DNA of 64,000 bases from Azolla caroliniana (GCA_043228905.1 JBHGNT010000014.1:4340001-4404000); one strand, 5' to 3'; shown: positions 21,770 to 35,217, counted from the stretch's first letter. Notes: generated by a model from the letters alone, not told the origin. Numbers and translations: made by a program.

Positions 21770-24700
21770 GCGATAAGAGCTAACATGGTGTACCTATGGA
21801 ACGGTCGGGTGCACACTAGCGAGACCCGAAGGGCCCTGGATCTGAATGTCGGACGAGAGGGTATGAAACAGTTGATGGAAGAAGCAGCGGCTCACCATGC
21901 GGAGACCGTCCACTAATCGGCGTCTGCTGGAATCTGGGCCGGAAGTGATGAAGTGTTGAAAACGAAGGACTCTGGGTTCTGGCCATTGATGTTGGAAGGC
22001 CTAGCCGGCATACGGCGAAGGAAAGAGGAAGCGAACCGCGTGGAAAGACGGGTCCAAGAGGTAACCGGGTGGAGTGACTCGGTCAAAGAGAAGATGGGCT
22101 TCGTGGAAGCTGCGTGCTAGAACTACGTGGTTCTGGTGGAACACAAGCGCGCTGGCCGGACCCTCACAACGGTATGAGACCCGGTTCAGGCCGAAGCAAA
22201 ATGATGTCGGTGCATCCGATGCATCGGACAAGGCCAAGAAGGCTGGTTATCGATTGAGCACAGAGATCGAAAAAACCACGGACCTACGAAAGGTCCTGGA
22301 GGAACGGATCCTCGACAACAAAGTGGAGTTGTCACTGAGGGAAGTGCTCAGTATCGCCAAGAAGGAGTTCCACGACTCCATCGAAGACTTGGTGAAGCGG
22401 AAAAGGCTTTCGGCGGAGACGGTGCCGGAGAAGCTGATGGAGGTGCGAACGACGCACCTAGAAGAAATGGCTCTAGCAGATGAGTTGGCACAGAGCCACT
22501 ATTCAAGGCCACATTGGGCTAGAGCAACCACGGAGACCCCCGTTAAGATCGGAGATGTTCAGGAGCCGGTGGTGGCGTTGGTGGACCACGGTTCAGAAAT
22601 AAACTTGATGTCCATGGACTTCTACAAGAAGGGGAAGTGGCCGATCAACACCAAGCACGGTTGGAAAATACGGGCAGCAATGCGCACCACGGAAGAGCTG
22701 CATGGAGCCTGCCCAAATGTACGAGTGAAGATCGGTAATGTCGAGATCGATCAACACTTCTTCGTGCAGGAGACGTCGTCACATCTGGTTATACTCAGGG
22801 AACAGAGGCACGGATGGAGACAAAGGTGTTGGACAACGGTTCAGCATATGCACGAGTCCAGGATGGGCGTCACTCGGTCTAGTTCCTGACGGTGTGAACG
22901 AACCATGAGCGTAACCGCGAGACCCTTGGTGGCGAAACCCAAGGGGATTTTTAGAGAGGGCTATCAAGGCGTGGGGCCGCGATAATCCGGACACCCCGGA
23001 AAAACCCCACAGATGCACTATAGGCAAAAAGACCTATACCATAGGTAGGAAATTTTGGTTCTCCGATAGCGGAGGTTGTATGATAGGCGGCGTAGATGGC
23101 CGGGAAAAGAAGCGGGCGGAGGAGCGACTTCGGGCATGCAGAGTCCCGCAGTCGCGATAAGAGCTAACATGGTGTACCTATGAAACGGTCGGGTGCACAC
23201 CAGCGAGACCCGAAGGGCCTTGGATCTGAATGTCGGACGAGAGGGTATGAAACGGTTGATGGAAGAAGCAGCGGCTCGCCACGTGGAGATCGTCCACTAC
23301 TCGGCGTCAGTTGGAATCCGGGCCGGAAGTGATGAAGTGTTGAAAACGAAGGACTCCAGGTTCTGGCCGTTGATGCTGGAAGGCCTAGCCGGCGTACGGC
23401 GAAGGAAAGAGGAAGCGAACCGCTCGGAAAGACGGGTCCAGGAGGTAACCGGGTGGAGTGACTCGGTCGACGAGAAGACGGGCTTCGTGGAAGCCGCGTG
23501 CTAGAACTACGTGGTTCTGGTGGAAGACAAGCGCGCTGGCCGGACCCTCACAACGGTATGAGACCCGGTTCAAGCCGAAGCAAAATGATGTCGGTGCATC
23601 CGGTGCATCGGACAAGGCCAAGAAGGCCGGTTATCGATTGAGCACAGAGATCGAAAGAACCACGGACCTACGAGAGGTCCTGGAGGAACGGATCCTCGAC
23701 AACAAAGTGGAGTTGTCACTGAGGGAAATGCTCAGTATCGCCAAGAAGGAGTTCCACGACTCCATCGTAAACTTGGTGAAGCGGAAAAGGCTTTCGGCGG
23801 AGCCGGTGCCGGAGAAGTTGGTGGAGGTGCGAACGACGCACCTAAAAGAAATGGCTCTAGAAGATGAGTTGGCACAGAGCCACTATTCAAGGCCACATTG
23901 GGCCAGAGCAACCACAGAGACCCCCGTTAAGATCGGAGATGTTCAGGAGCCTGTGGTGGCATTGGTGGACCACGGTTCAGAAATAAACTTGATGTCCATG
24001 GACTTCTACAAGAAGGGGAAGTGGCCGATCAACACCAAGCACGGTTGGAAAATACGGGCAGCAATGCGTGCCACGGAAGAGCTGCATGGAGCCTGCCCGA
24101 ATGTACGAGTGAAGATCGGCGATGTCGAGATCGATCAACACTTCTTCGTGCAGGAGACGTCGTCACATCCGGTTATACTCAGGGAATTGTACATCACGGA
24201 GGCACGGATGGAGACAAAGGTGTTGGACAACGGTTCGGCATATGCACGAGTCCAAAGCCAGGATGGGCGTCACTCGGTCCAGTTCCTGACGGTGCGACTG
24301 AACCATGAGCGTAACCGCGAGACCCTCGGTGGCGAAACCCGAGGGGATTTTTAGAGAGGGCTATCAAGGCGTGGGGCTGCTATAGTTCGGACACGCCGGA
24401 AAAACCCCACAGATGCACTATAGGCAAAAAGACCTATACCATAGGTAGGAAATTTTGTTTCTCCGATAGCGGAGGTTGAATGATAGGCGGCGTAGATGGC
24501 CGGGAAAAGAAGCGGGTCGAGGAGCGAGTTCGAGCATGCAGAGTTCCGAAGTCGCAATAAGAGCTAACGTGGTGTACCTATGGAACGGTCGGGTGCACAC
24601 TAGCGAGACCTGAAGGGCCCTGGATCTGAATGTCCGACGAGAGGGTATGAAACGGTTGATGGAAGAAGCAGCGGTTCGCCACGCGGAGACCGTCCACTAC

Positions 24701-25946
24701 TCGGCGTCAGCGGGAATCCGGGCCGGAAGTGATGAAGTGTTGAAAACGAAGGACTCCGGGTTCTTGCCGTTGATGCTGGAAGGCCTAGCCGGCATATGGC
24801 GAAGGAAAGAGGAAGCGGACCGCGCTGAAAGACGGGTCCAGGAGGTAACCGGGTTGATTGACTCGGTCGAAGAGAAGACGGGCTTCATGGAAGCTGCGTG
24901 CTAGATCTACGTGGTTCTGGTGGAACACAAGCGCGCTAGCCGGACCCTCACAACGGTATGAGACCCGGTTCAGGCCGAAGCAAAATGATGTCGGTGCATC
25001 CGGTGCACCGGACAAGGCCAAGAAGGCCGGTTATCGATTGAGCACAGAGATCGAAAGAACCATGGACCTACGAAAGGTCCTGGAGGAACGGATCCTCGAC
25101 AACAAAGTGTAGTTGTCACTGAGGGAAGTGCTCAGTATCGCCAAGAAGGAGTTCCACGACTCCATCGTAAACTTGGTGAAGCGGAAAAGGCTTACGGCGG
25201 AGCCGGTGCCAGAGAAGCTGATGGAGGTGCGAACGACGCACCTAGAAGAAATGGCTCTAGAAGATGAGTTGGCAGAGAGCCACTATTCAAGGCCACATTG
25301 GGCTAGAGCAACCACGGAGACCCCCGTTAAGATCGGAGATGTTCAGGAGCCGGTGGTGGCGCTGGTGGACCATGGTTTAGAAATAAACTTGATGTCCATG
25401 GACTTCTACAAGAAGGGGAAGTGGCCGATCAACACCAAGCACGGTTGGAAAATACGGGCAGCAATGCGCGCCACGGAAGAGCTGCATGGAGCCTACCCGA
25501 ATGTACGAGTGAAGATCGGTGATGTCGAGATCGATCAACACTTCTTCGTGCAGGAGACGTCATCACATCCGGTTATACTCAGGGAACCGTACATCACGGA
25601 GGCACGGATGGAGACAAAGGTGTTGGACAACGGTTCGGCATATGCACGAGTCCAAAGCCAGGATGGGTGTCACTCAGTCCAGTTCCTGACGGTGCGACTG
25701 AACCATGAGCGTAACCGCGAGACCCTCGGTGGCAAAACCCGAGGGGATTTTTAGAGAGGGCTATCAAGGCGTGGGGCCGCGATAGTTCGGACACCCCGGA
25801 GAAACCCCACATATGCACTATAGGCAAAAAGACCTATACCATAGGTAGGAAATTTTGGTTCTCCGATAGCGGAGGTTGTATGATAGCCGGCATAGATGGC
25901 CGGGAAAAGAAGCGGGCGGAGGAGCGACTTCGGGCATGCAGAGTCC
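21770..25946 (+). repeat. Tandem triplication of a ~1.4-kb gag-end/protease block
   Basis: Units start at 21770, 23154, 24554 (GCGATAAGAGCTAACATGGTGTACC); the ORFs at 22074, 23458 and 24858/25113 are near-identical. Confidence 0.95.
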
Positions 25947-26132
25947 TCGGCCCTGAAGAGGAAATCAACGGAGCCGTAGAGGCGGTCTCTTTCGACGACA
26001 CCCTAGGGAAGCTACGGGAGGTTTCGGAGAAGGCCTTAATGAGGACTAGACGATTCCGGTAAGTTCGGAAAAGATGTATGAAGTCATTGCCGACTTCGGT
26101 GTAATGGACTCGAGTCGGATCGGACGGCCCGA

Positions 26133-27544
26133 GTGGATACGAAGTACAAGACTGTGGACCGGAAAGTGAGGTCAGTCGCGGCACCCTTGCCGAAGGGCAT
26201 CGAGTTACGGATAAAGGGGGTCGCGTCGGACCCAAGTTTACGAGATCCGGCCAGCATAGGACACACGTTCACCGACATAATGCTACAAGAGCTCAAGGTT
26301 GGTGGAGGTGGCTTTCTACTGCCGGCGGAAGAGGACCGGTTTCGGAGAATGCTCGCGAGGCACGGGAAGGCTTTCGCATTCTCACCAGAGGAGATCGGGT
26401 GCGTAGACCCGATGGTTGTGGAACCAATGGTGATCTTCATGGTACCGCATGTGTCGTGGAATCTCAAACCGATTCCGGTACCCAGAGTTCACATCCCGAA
26501 GCTGATGGAGTTGCTGAAACAGAAGGTGGAAATGGCACCTTGAACCATCAAGTGCCCCATATTCGAATCGGTGGTTTACAGTGCCAAAGAAGAACGGCAC
26601 ACTTCGCTTCATGCAGGACCTGCAACCGGTCAACAAGGTGACCATTCAAAACGCATGTATCGGACCGACCATTGATGAGTTCACAGAGGCCTTCACAAGG
26701 AGGTCGATCTACTCGGTCGAGGATCTGTACTCAGGGTATGATGAGTTCCAATTAGCCATACAGAGCAAGGATGTCACAACGATGCGGATTCCTCTCGGCC
26801 TAGTTCGGATGTGTACCTTACAGCAAGGGGGAACTAACTCGGTGGCGCACATGGTGAATACGATGAACAAGGTGTTGAGAGACTCCATCCCGGACATCAC
26901 CATGCCGTTTTTGGACAACATCCCGTTCAAAGGATGTCCGGTGGAGGCCAAGTGTCACGGATCATAAAAGTTTGAATCTTGACACCAAGGACGAGTCGAT
27001 CGGACCCAACGGTTGCTAAAGGTTCATGACGGATCACATCTACGATTGCGAGAAGGTGCTACAAAGACTCGGGAGAGTGCGACTCACCTTCTCTAGAGAA
27101 AAATCAGCCTTCAGATAGTCGAAGATCTTAGTAGTCGGACACCTATGTGGGCCTTACGGCCGGAAGCCGTCCCCGGCGAAGGTAGAAGCCATCTCCGCGA
27201 TGAAAGATGATTGCGGGTCGGTCATGGAGGTCCGAAGGATCCTGGGGGCATGTGCATTCTATCACATCTGGATTCCGCACTGCGCGCATGTTGCGGAACC
27301 GCTTTATGGGTTGCTGAAGAAAGGGCATAAATTCGAGTGGAGAGACGAGCACACGGAGTCGGTCCGGAGACTAAAGGAGGCGCTCGCCGCGGCACCGGCT
27401 CTCCGAAAAGCGATTTACGGCAAGGAAGTCCCCATTTACGTGACGGTGGACACGAGCCCCACTGGGATCGGGTGGGTGATCAATCAAGAAGGTGAAGGCG
27501 GCGTACGGTTCCCAATCTGGTTCGGGGCAAAGGTATTGAGCGAG
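26133..27544 (+). pseudogene. Gypsy reverse transcriptase and RNase H N-terminal half, with stops and frameshifts
   Basis: YKTVDRKVR; NRWFTVPKKNGTLRFMQDLQPVN; DLYSGYD; EVRRILGACAFYHIWIPH; VTVDTS. Confidence 0.9.
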
Positions 27545-30010
27545 ACGATGACGACGGTTCGTGTGATGTTGGCGGTTGTCAATTGCGTAAGATGGGGTTT
27601 GCAGCCTCAAAGTCAGACTCTTCACTGTTCATCCGGAAAGGTCTGGATGGTCCAGTTTGTATCCTGCTATATGTAAGATGATTTAGTCATCACCGGACCC
27701 AGACTCGCTAAAATTGGCAGAGTGAAGTCCAGTTGTCAGGCGCATTTGAAATGAAGGACCTGGGCAACCTTCATTATTTTCTTGGGATCGAGATGATCCG
27801 GACCCCCGACGGCATATTGCTCTCACAAAGACACTATGTGATGAATATGTTGTACAAGTTCGGCATGACGGAATGTCGACCAATCTCCACACCCTTGGAG
27901 CGGAACCTGAAGCTACGCCCCGACTCTGGACCGGCCTACGATGAGAAACGGTTCCGACAAATTGTCGAAAGCCTTATCTACTTGACAATCACCCGACCCG
28001 ACATCAGTTATCCAATCGGAGTGATCAGTCAGTTTATGTAGAAGCCAACCATAGAGCACCTTCAGTGCGCGCATCGACTATTGCGATATGTGAGTGGCAC
28101 GAAGGACCGGGGACTGTTATACTGACATCGTATAACTGGGAAGCTAGTCGGTTATACTGATGCCGACTAGGCTGGTGATGTATTGGATTGCCGATCCACC
28201 TTTGGTTACATGTTTTCTCTTGGTAGCGCGACTTTTGCATGGAGCAACAAAAAGCAGCCAACAATGGCTCTATCGAGCACTGAGGTTGAGTATTGGGGCG
28301 CTACCATTGCCACCTGTGAAGTCATCTGGCTTTGGCAACTACTGCGAGACCTCCAAATCGAGGTGCTGACCCCAACCCTGATTTACTGTGACAACATGAG
28401 CAAAATACAGCTCGCCAAGAACCTTGTATTCCATGCTCGGACAAAGCACATAGAGGTGCATTATCACTTTGTCCATGAGCAGGTCCTAAGTGGTGAAGTC
28501 GAACTTTTCCAAAATTCTGGGTCTACAGCATCTCGACGTGTCGCACTTGATGTAGAGAACGGGAGAGAATGGATGGCACTGGACAAGTAGCTGGAGAGGA
28601 AGAAAGAACCAAGGGGGGGAGATGAGCAAATAAAGGAAGTCGAGTCGAGCGAAGGAGTCGGCACATCCGAACAAGTCGGAGCAAGGGCGGGAGAGTCAAG
28701 AAGGACAGAGCCAACTGGAAAAAGGCCAAGAACCAGGCATGGTCTGATGTGGTGAAGGGCCTAAAAACGGAAGATGAGTTGGAGACTAACAACTTGGACA
28801 AGAGCTAGAACGAATCGGAGGAAGCCGATTCGGTTCAACAATTGGATTCGGAGGAGCCGGATCAACTAAAGGCCAAGCAGACGAGAAGGCAGTGGAAGTC
28901 GACACCGATACGGAGGAACTGATGGGTCAACAAGCGCCGAAGTCATAGCAGAGAAGGAGCTGTTGGGAAGTCGGTCCCTTCGGATGGGATCTGGTTACAA
29001 ATGAAGAGGACCCAATGAGAACCAGAAGAGATCTGGAAACCGGATCGGATGGACCCGGTGAGAACCAGAAGAGAAGACATATTTGTAAATATGTTTTGAG
29101 TAAGCCTATTGAGGCTATATTTGTAAATAGCCCTAAGTTCATATGAGTATAAATATGACCTAGGGCAATCACAGAAGTGAGAGTTGTCATATTGTTGTAT
29201 GTGCATAACTGTTGTATATATAGAGTGAGAGAGATACAGAGCAATACTTTGTTGTAACCGTCGCCTGGCGAAGATACAGAGCTCGAGGTCGTTGCCTCCA
29301 AGTCTCTGATTGTACCTTTCTTATATAGTGATAGTTTGGAGTCTATGGGCTCCCGTGGTTTTTTCCCTATTTAGGGTTTTCCATGTAAACATCCTGTGTA
29401 CTCTCTATTGTTCGTGTGTGTACGTGTACTAATCTCCAATCCCATTTCTGTGTTTGATTCTCAAAGAAGTGATCTAAGACTCGGTTGTGGCCAAGTGGTA
29501 TTCTCCTCAGGACCTGAGATGGGCGTGCTGAGCAAACAAGCCGCCCAAGGAGGTCGAGGAGGGCAGAACCGAACCGGTCGCGGGAAGCAGAACCGGACTG
29601 GACGAGGAGCGTGAGCGAGGCGGGAGGATGCTAGAAGGAGTGGGACGGAAGAACCGGCTACCACAGAAACTGACACCACGATCCGACCTCAAGTTGAGCT
29701 TGAGGGGGAGTGTTGAGCGAGCAAGCTCAACCATATCCGGATCGGCTGAATAAGCCAGAGCCAGATCAGTATCCGGATCGGAGAACGGATTGGTGTCCTA
29801 ATGATATCCGGAACCGGGAGCCGGATCGGATTGAAACCGGTAGGCCGTTAGAGGCCTACGGATCCAACCTAGTATGTAGGCATATTTTTGGGAGTCAGTG
29901 TTAGTCGCTCGTATGAGCATTGAAGTACTTATCAGTACTTTTGTCACTCCTTTATGGACTTGTATAAAACTACACTCTGAGCACATTCTATAGATTTTTA
30001 TGTTCTGTCA
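27545..30010 (+). mobile_element. Degenerate Copia 3' half (RT, RNase H, 3' region, PPT, partial 3' LTR from 29711)
   Basis: MTTVRVMLAV; FEMKDLGNLHYFLGIE; YLTITRPDISY; ALSSTEVEY; FHARTKHIEVHYHF; PPT TGAGGGGGAG 29701-29710 followed by TGTTGAG. Confidence 0.88.
28961..29509 (+). mobile_element. Copia-family solo LTR
   Basis: TGTTGGGA...CTCA; flanks GGAGC/GGACC (4 of 5); shares GGTCCCTTCGGATGGGAT, TGTAAATAGCCC and CCCGTGGTTTTT..TAGGGTTTTCCA with LTR 3036-3641. Confidence 0.85.
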
Positions 30011-32715
30011 AACTACACTGCCAAGATCAAGAACATTTGCGACTTGCTTGGCTCCATCAACATAAACATCAAAGAATACGAGATGGTTCGAGTATGCTTG
30101 GGCAGCCTCGCACAACGATTCGACTCGTTGAGGACAGTAATCTTGGCAAGTGAAAACCCTCCTTCATTCTTCAACCTTCAATCAATGTTATTGGTCGAAG
30201 AGAACCACCTCCAAACCAAAAGCAAGATGTCAGAAGGACAAATGTTCTTCTCGAATTCGGATGGTGGCTGAGGATGAGGTCGAGGCGGTAGAAGAGGTCA
30301 ATTCGACCCATCTCACAAAGGGAACTCAAACCTTCGACATTAAGACAATGGAAGCCATCAAGGAACCTTCGGAAGAAGGGGGAGCTTCCATGCCGAACAA
30401 GGTCAGCAAACGTGGCCCATCACTTGCAACTATTGTGACAAAATCGGCCACCACGAAGAGGAGTGTCAGGCATATGACGTCATACCAAGAGTGGTTTCAT
30501 GACCTAAGAATGCCAGATCGACCCGGCTTCATAGAGACAGGAGACGACACCACACATCTGATTCGGCACATCGGCAACGTTCAATTCGGCAATAACGGCC
30601 AAAACAATTGCATCAAGAATGTCTTGCAGGTGCCCACAATAACAAAGAATTTGGTCTCGGTCGGCCAAATCGTGGAGCAAGGCATGCAAGTCCGCTTCAA
30701 CAACGAAGGTTATTTCATCGAGAAAGATGGATAGCTAAGGGACATAGAGACAGTCGAATGTTCATTATCGATTTGAACGAGGTGAAATCAACCATGTATG
30801 CTAAAGGTCTCAAAACCGAGACGAACATCGAATTGTGGCACAAGAGAATCGGCCACATCAACCTTCAACGGCTCTGAGCTATGCAATCAAAGGGATTCGT
30901 CATCGAACTTCCGACATTCGAGCCGAAATGAGTCGACCGAGTATGCGAAGCGTGTCAAGTTGGCAAACAACATCGACTCCCATTCCCGAAGGAGAGTTGC
31001 GCAAGCAAAGGCCTCCTCAACATCATACACTCGGATGTATGGGGACCGGTTCAAACGCCGATGATCTGCGGATGTCAATACTACGTCACCTTCATCGACG
31101 ACTACTCCCGCTACACGTGGATCTTCCTGGTGAAGAAGAAGAGCGAAGTGTTGTCCCACTTCCAAAAGTTGAAGGGCCAAGTCGGAAAAGAAACCAGTCG
31201 ACACATTCTATGCCTACAATCAGACGGAGGCAAGGAGTACTTCTCCGACGAATTCGTCTCCTACCTCCAAGGTGAAGGCATTCGGAGAGAATTGATGTGC
31301 CAACACACACCCCAACAAAATGGAGTCGCGGAAAGGAAGAATCGGCAAATACTAGAGGTAGCACGCGCCATGATGCATGAGAAGCACATGCCGAACTTCT
31401 ATTGGGTTGAAGCGGCATCCACAACCGTCTATCTCATGAACTAGTGCACCACCAATGGAGTGCATGAGCTAACTCCATACGAGCTCCTTATCGGAAGGAA
31501 GTTGATCCTGTCGTACCTCAAGGTGTTCAGAAGCATTGTGAATGTACGCATCCCGAACGAACAACAATAGAAGCCCAACACGAAGTTAGAGAAATGTATC
31601 CTCGTCCGAGAAGAAGGCATACAAGTGCTATAACCCTTCGACCCGAGTGGTTCGGGTGAGTCGAGACGTAGTCTTCGACAAATCGGCATCTTGGTACAAG
31701 CCCAATTCGGCTACACCCGACCCGACCGAGGAAGAGTTGAACATCAACTCGGAGGACGATATTTGGACAAGTCTTCTACCAAAGGACAATCTAAGCCCAC
31801 CCGACCTTCAAGCATTCCAAGCACGTCACGGCCAAGTACGACATTGGACAAAGGCAAAGGTAAGATGCCCGAATATGAAGTCGACCACCCTGACGATAGT
31901 GATTCGGATGTGTCGGCTCCCTCACTAGACAGTGAGTTTGGTGTACCCATCATGCAAACTTCGACGCTCTTCTAGAGAGAAGAATTTTGTTACTCAGCAC
32001 GGTTACAACGAGTATATGGCCGATCATTATGCCTTCGCAATGAAGGTAGCGGTCGAACGAGAGCTCAAGCCCTCCACCGAAGTGGCTCATGACCCACGAT
32101 GGGTGAAAGCAGTCCACCCAAGCCTTTGTCACAGGCTTGAGGGGGAGGAACCGAAACTGCCACGAAACGAAAATGTTGAAGGCCGAAGACGCTGAAAGTT
32201 GCACAGAAGCCAACATAAAAAACCAGACAATGCCGAAACCAAAATTGGATGTCGGACGCCTCACACTTGAGCTTGAGGGGCGTGTTGAGATATCAAGCTC
32301 AACTATATTTCGTTAGCTAGTCAACACACATAACTTAGTAGTTACCAAGATATAATCTAGTTAGTGTGTTGACCTTATGCCTTAAATAGCATTTTGTACT
32401 TGAGTGGGATACATTGTAGATCCTCCACTCCCATGTTCATTTAATATAGGACTTTCACGATTATACCTATATTCTACTCACACATGTGCACCATTGCACA
32501 TGAGTTGTATATATACCTCATTGTGGGTATTTTTGTATTTGATGATGCTTTTAATATAGTTAATCATCCCCTATCTTGTCTCGTTGTTTATAGTATTAAC
32601 TTCCTCTCTCTCTTCCTTTCACACACATACACACGTATATCACTTAATCTTTTGCTTAGCTTAATCACATAATTAGGTACTAGTTAACCTTTAGTTAATT
32701 ACCTAATTCTTAACA
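30011..32715 (+). mobile_element. Degenerate, internally deleted Copia (gag end, protease, integrase; RT/RNase H missing; 3' LTR 32283-32715), same family as 1-2025
   Basis: EMVRVCLGSLAQRF..PSFFNLQSMLLVEEN; LWHKRIGH; YYVTFIDDYSR, SDGGKEY, PQQNGVAERKNR; PPT TTGAGGGG then TGTTGAGATATCAAGCTC...TTAACA. Confidence 0.85.
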
Positions 32716-33169
32716 AAAATCATACACATACATATGTTCATGCAAACATTAAAATCATACACCTACATACGTTCATCCAAACATTAATAAACGTTCATAC
32801 GTTTATACACACACACACACTTACACTCATTCAATCACACACATGCATACATACGCACATTCATTAAATTATACTCATACCCATACACATATAAATGAAT
32901 TCAAATATTTATACCTCTTTCCATTTGTGCAACCAGCCCTTACTTAAGTGTGGTTTCTCAAATCTTGTTTTTCGTCAAATTTGCTCCAAATTCGCATAAC
33001 TTTATGTTGTGATCTCGGATTTTAGAGTTGAAAAATCTAACAAAATCCTTGTTCGATTGCATTTTTTCACCAAAGAATCAGATTACCAATAATCACATAT
33101 ATGTTGATGTAAAAACAACATATTGCATAAAAGTTCACAATTAAATCTGATACAACTAACAATTGGCAA

Positions 33170-33595
33170 CGGTTTGATTCAGTATAACAGTGCCAAATTC
33201 AAACCATTTAAAATTTTTGAAACTTAAACCGAACCGAACTACGAAACCATTTAAACCAAACCATCACAAAAAATTGAAACTGTTAAAACCATGGTTTTGC
33301 AATTCAGTTAACTACGAAACCATTTAAACCAAACCATCACAAAAAATCGTAACTATTAAAACCGTGGTTTTGCAATTCAGTTTTGGTTTTCAAGTTACGT
33401 CAAAAATGAAACTTTCATTTTTTTTTAAATGAAAGGGTTGTTCAAAAAAAAAAATTAAGAAAATAATCAAGTGGCAACCCTAAACTGCCAATCTATTTAA
33501 ACCATGTTTGCAACCATATAAACCAAACCAAACCAAACCTTTGATCTTGGAAACCGAATCGTTAAAAAAAAACTGAACCTGAAATTGAACCAAGT
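33170..33595. repeat. AAACC(G/A)-motif-rich AT-rich repeat (probable non-autonomous DNA transposon relic) with a 73-bp tandem duplication
   Basis: Clusters of AAACCGAACC/AAACCAAACC; 33237-33309 is repeated at 33310-33382; no termini resolved. Confidence 0.45.
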
Positions 33596-34972
33596 TACTC
33601 CTTAGTGCCTTAGTTTTACTACATATCCTATGTAAAATGGGGTTTTCTCATTATAAATTGGAATATTTTTACTGTTAGAGCTAAATGTAATGTGCAAAAT
33701 TTATAGTTGTTTTTATTTTAATATTTACGTATTCTGAAATAATTTATATACCATGGTCTTGGATTTGGTGGTGATTAAGGAGCATGGTGAAATTTTTGGC
33801 ATCAAAATCCTAGTAACGAGTGGAAAATCACAAGTCAATCAATTGTTTTTGTGGGAGCCAAACTTTCATCTTGCACCTTTGAGTGATTGATACACCACGA
33901 TTCATCCACTCCCACGAGGTTCATGGCGGCATTTTGGGCTTGGAAATTCACTCACACTAGAGTGATTTGTTGGTAAGAAAAAATAGTCAAGGACGGTGGG
34001 GTTCGAACATTTGACCATGGGTCCATTATTGGACATAGAAAGTCACTAGTTCAAATCTCTATTCCAAGAAATTATGGGTTGAAATCTTTTACCATGACTA
34101 TGGTATTTTGAATGTTGCAGAAATTTGGTATATCAAAATTTGGTGGTGAATGTGATGATTGAGATTCATCATCTCCTATTAGTGTAGAATGAAGATAGCC
34201 TTAATCACATCAAGAACCCCTCCAAGTCCATTATTTTGGTTCAATCATATGTTATTCCTACCCTTCCTTCTAAAACCATTGTGCATGGGCATGCTAGTGG
34301 CCCCAAACCATTAAGCTCGTCAACACTCCTTGGTTGCTAGATACGATTTTAGAATATGAAGTCATCATAACCATTTTCGAGCTCTCGCCCTCACCTGCGC
34401 CTTTCCCTACAATGCGCCTCATTTCTCACCTCTCTTTTCTCATGAAATATGTTGTCTTGTGGGTATGCTATGTGCTTGCACTCCGATGCATATGTAAATG
34501 TCCATTAACTATGATTTAAGGTGTAAAATAATAATATTAAATACTTCTTATAGTATGCATTGCAATAGAAAAATGGGCCAATTATATTTGGTTACTCAGG
34601 CAACATTTATAACTTTAAAGTTAAATAACAAGATAGTTGAAAGTGAACTTTATACAAAAGCATCTCGAAGGTTGTGTTGTCACGTAAACACTGTGTGTGA
34701 TACTTGAGTGGGACCATAGGGATCTTGGACCAAGGAGTCAAAAAGATGAAGGAGATGGCTTGTCGTAGACATGTCTAATCGGCAACCTGTCTTGTCAAGT
34801 GCACTTGTCGACAACTTCAACTTGTTGAGCAGCCTAGTCAAAGGCTTTGACTAGTGAAACGCCCTAGTCGATCGCTCGACTAGTCAATGATTTACCTAGT
34901 CCAACATGCTAGTCGAACGCTTGATTAGCCGATAATTCCCATAGTCGAACGGTCGACTAGTTGACAGATCGG

Positions 34973-35217
34973 CTAGTTGAAGAAGCCTTTGTCGAGGAAA
35001 GATGACTAAGTTGTAGCCTGAATTTTTCCTAAGGCACGAATGTTCGACTAGTGAAAGAAGCCTTTGTTGAGGGGAGATGCTTGAGCAATAGCCCGCATCT
35101 ATCCTAAAGACACGAATGTTCAACTAGTCGAAGAAGCCTTTGTTGAGGGGAGATGCCTGAGCCATACCTTGAATCTATTCGAAGGCACATTTACGTGGGG
35201 GGGGGGGGGGGGGGGGG
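34973..35217 (+). repeat. ~75-bp tandem repeat x3 followed by a poly-G tract; probable LTR relic
   Basis: CTAGT..AAGAAGCCTTTGT.GAGG units at 34973, 35048, 35124; run of ~21 G ending near 35217. Confidence 0.6.

Larger units (their letters stand above)
10806..27544 (+). mobile_element. 5' half of an older Ty3/Gypsy element (LTR, tRNA-Trp PBS, gag, 3x protease block, RT, RNase H N-terminal half), inverted relative to its 3' half and interrupted by 11446-20833
   Basis: LTR TGTCGTGG 10806-11445 + 20839-20847 (..CGCGGCA), with TATAAAAG near 11020; PBS 20852-20869; gag 20892-21915 (CLWCNAVGHARKDC); protease LVDHGSEINLM; RT DLYSGYD, QGGTNSVAH, FLDNI; RNase H VTVDTSPTGIGW..FGAKVLSE. Confidence 0.88.

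Noticed and set aside
33985-34050. Possible minus-strand tRNA or SINE (GTTCGAACCCC B-box)
   Set aside because: No convincing A-box or cloverleaf; too degenerate to call.
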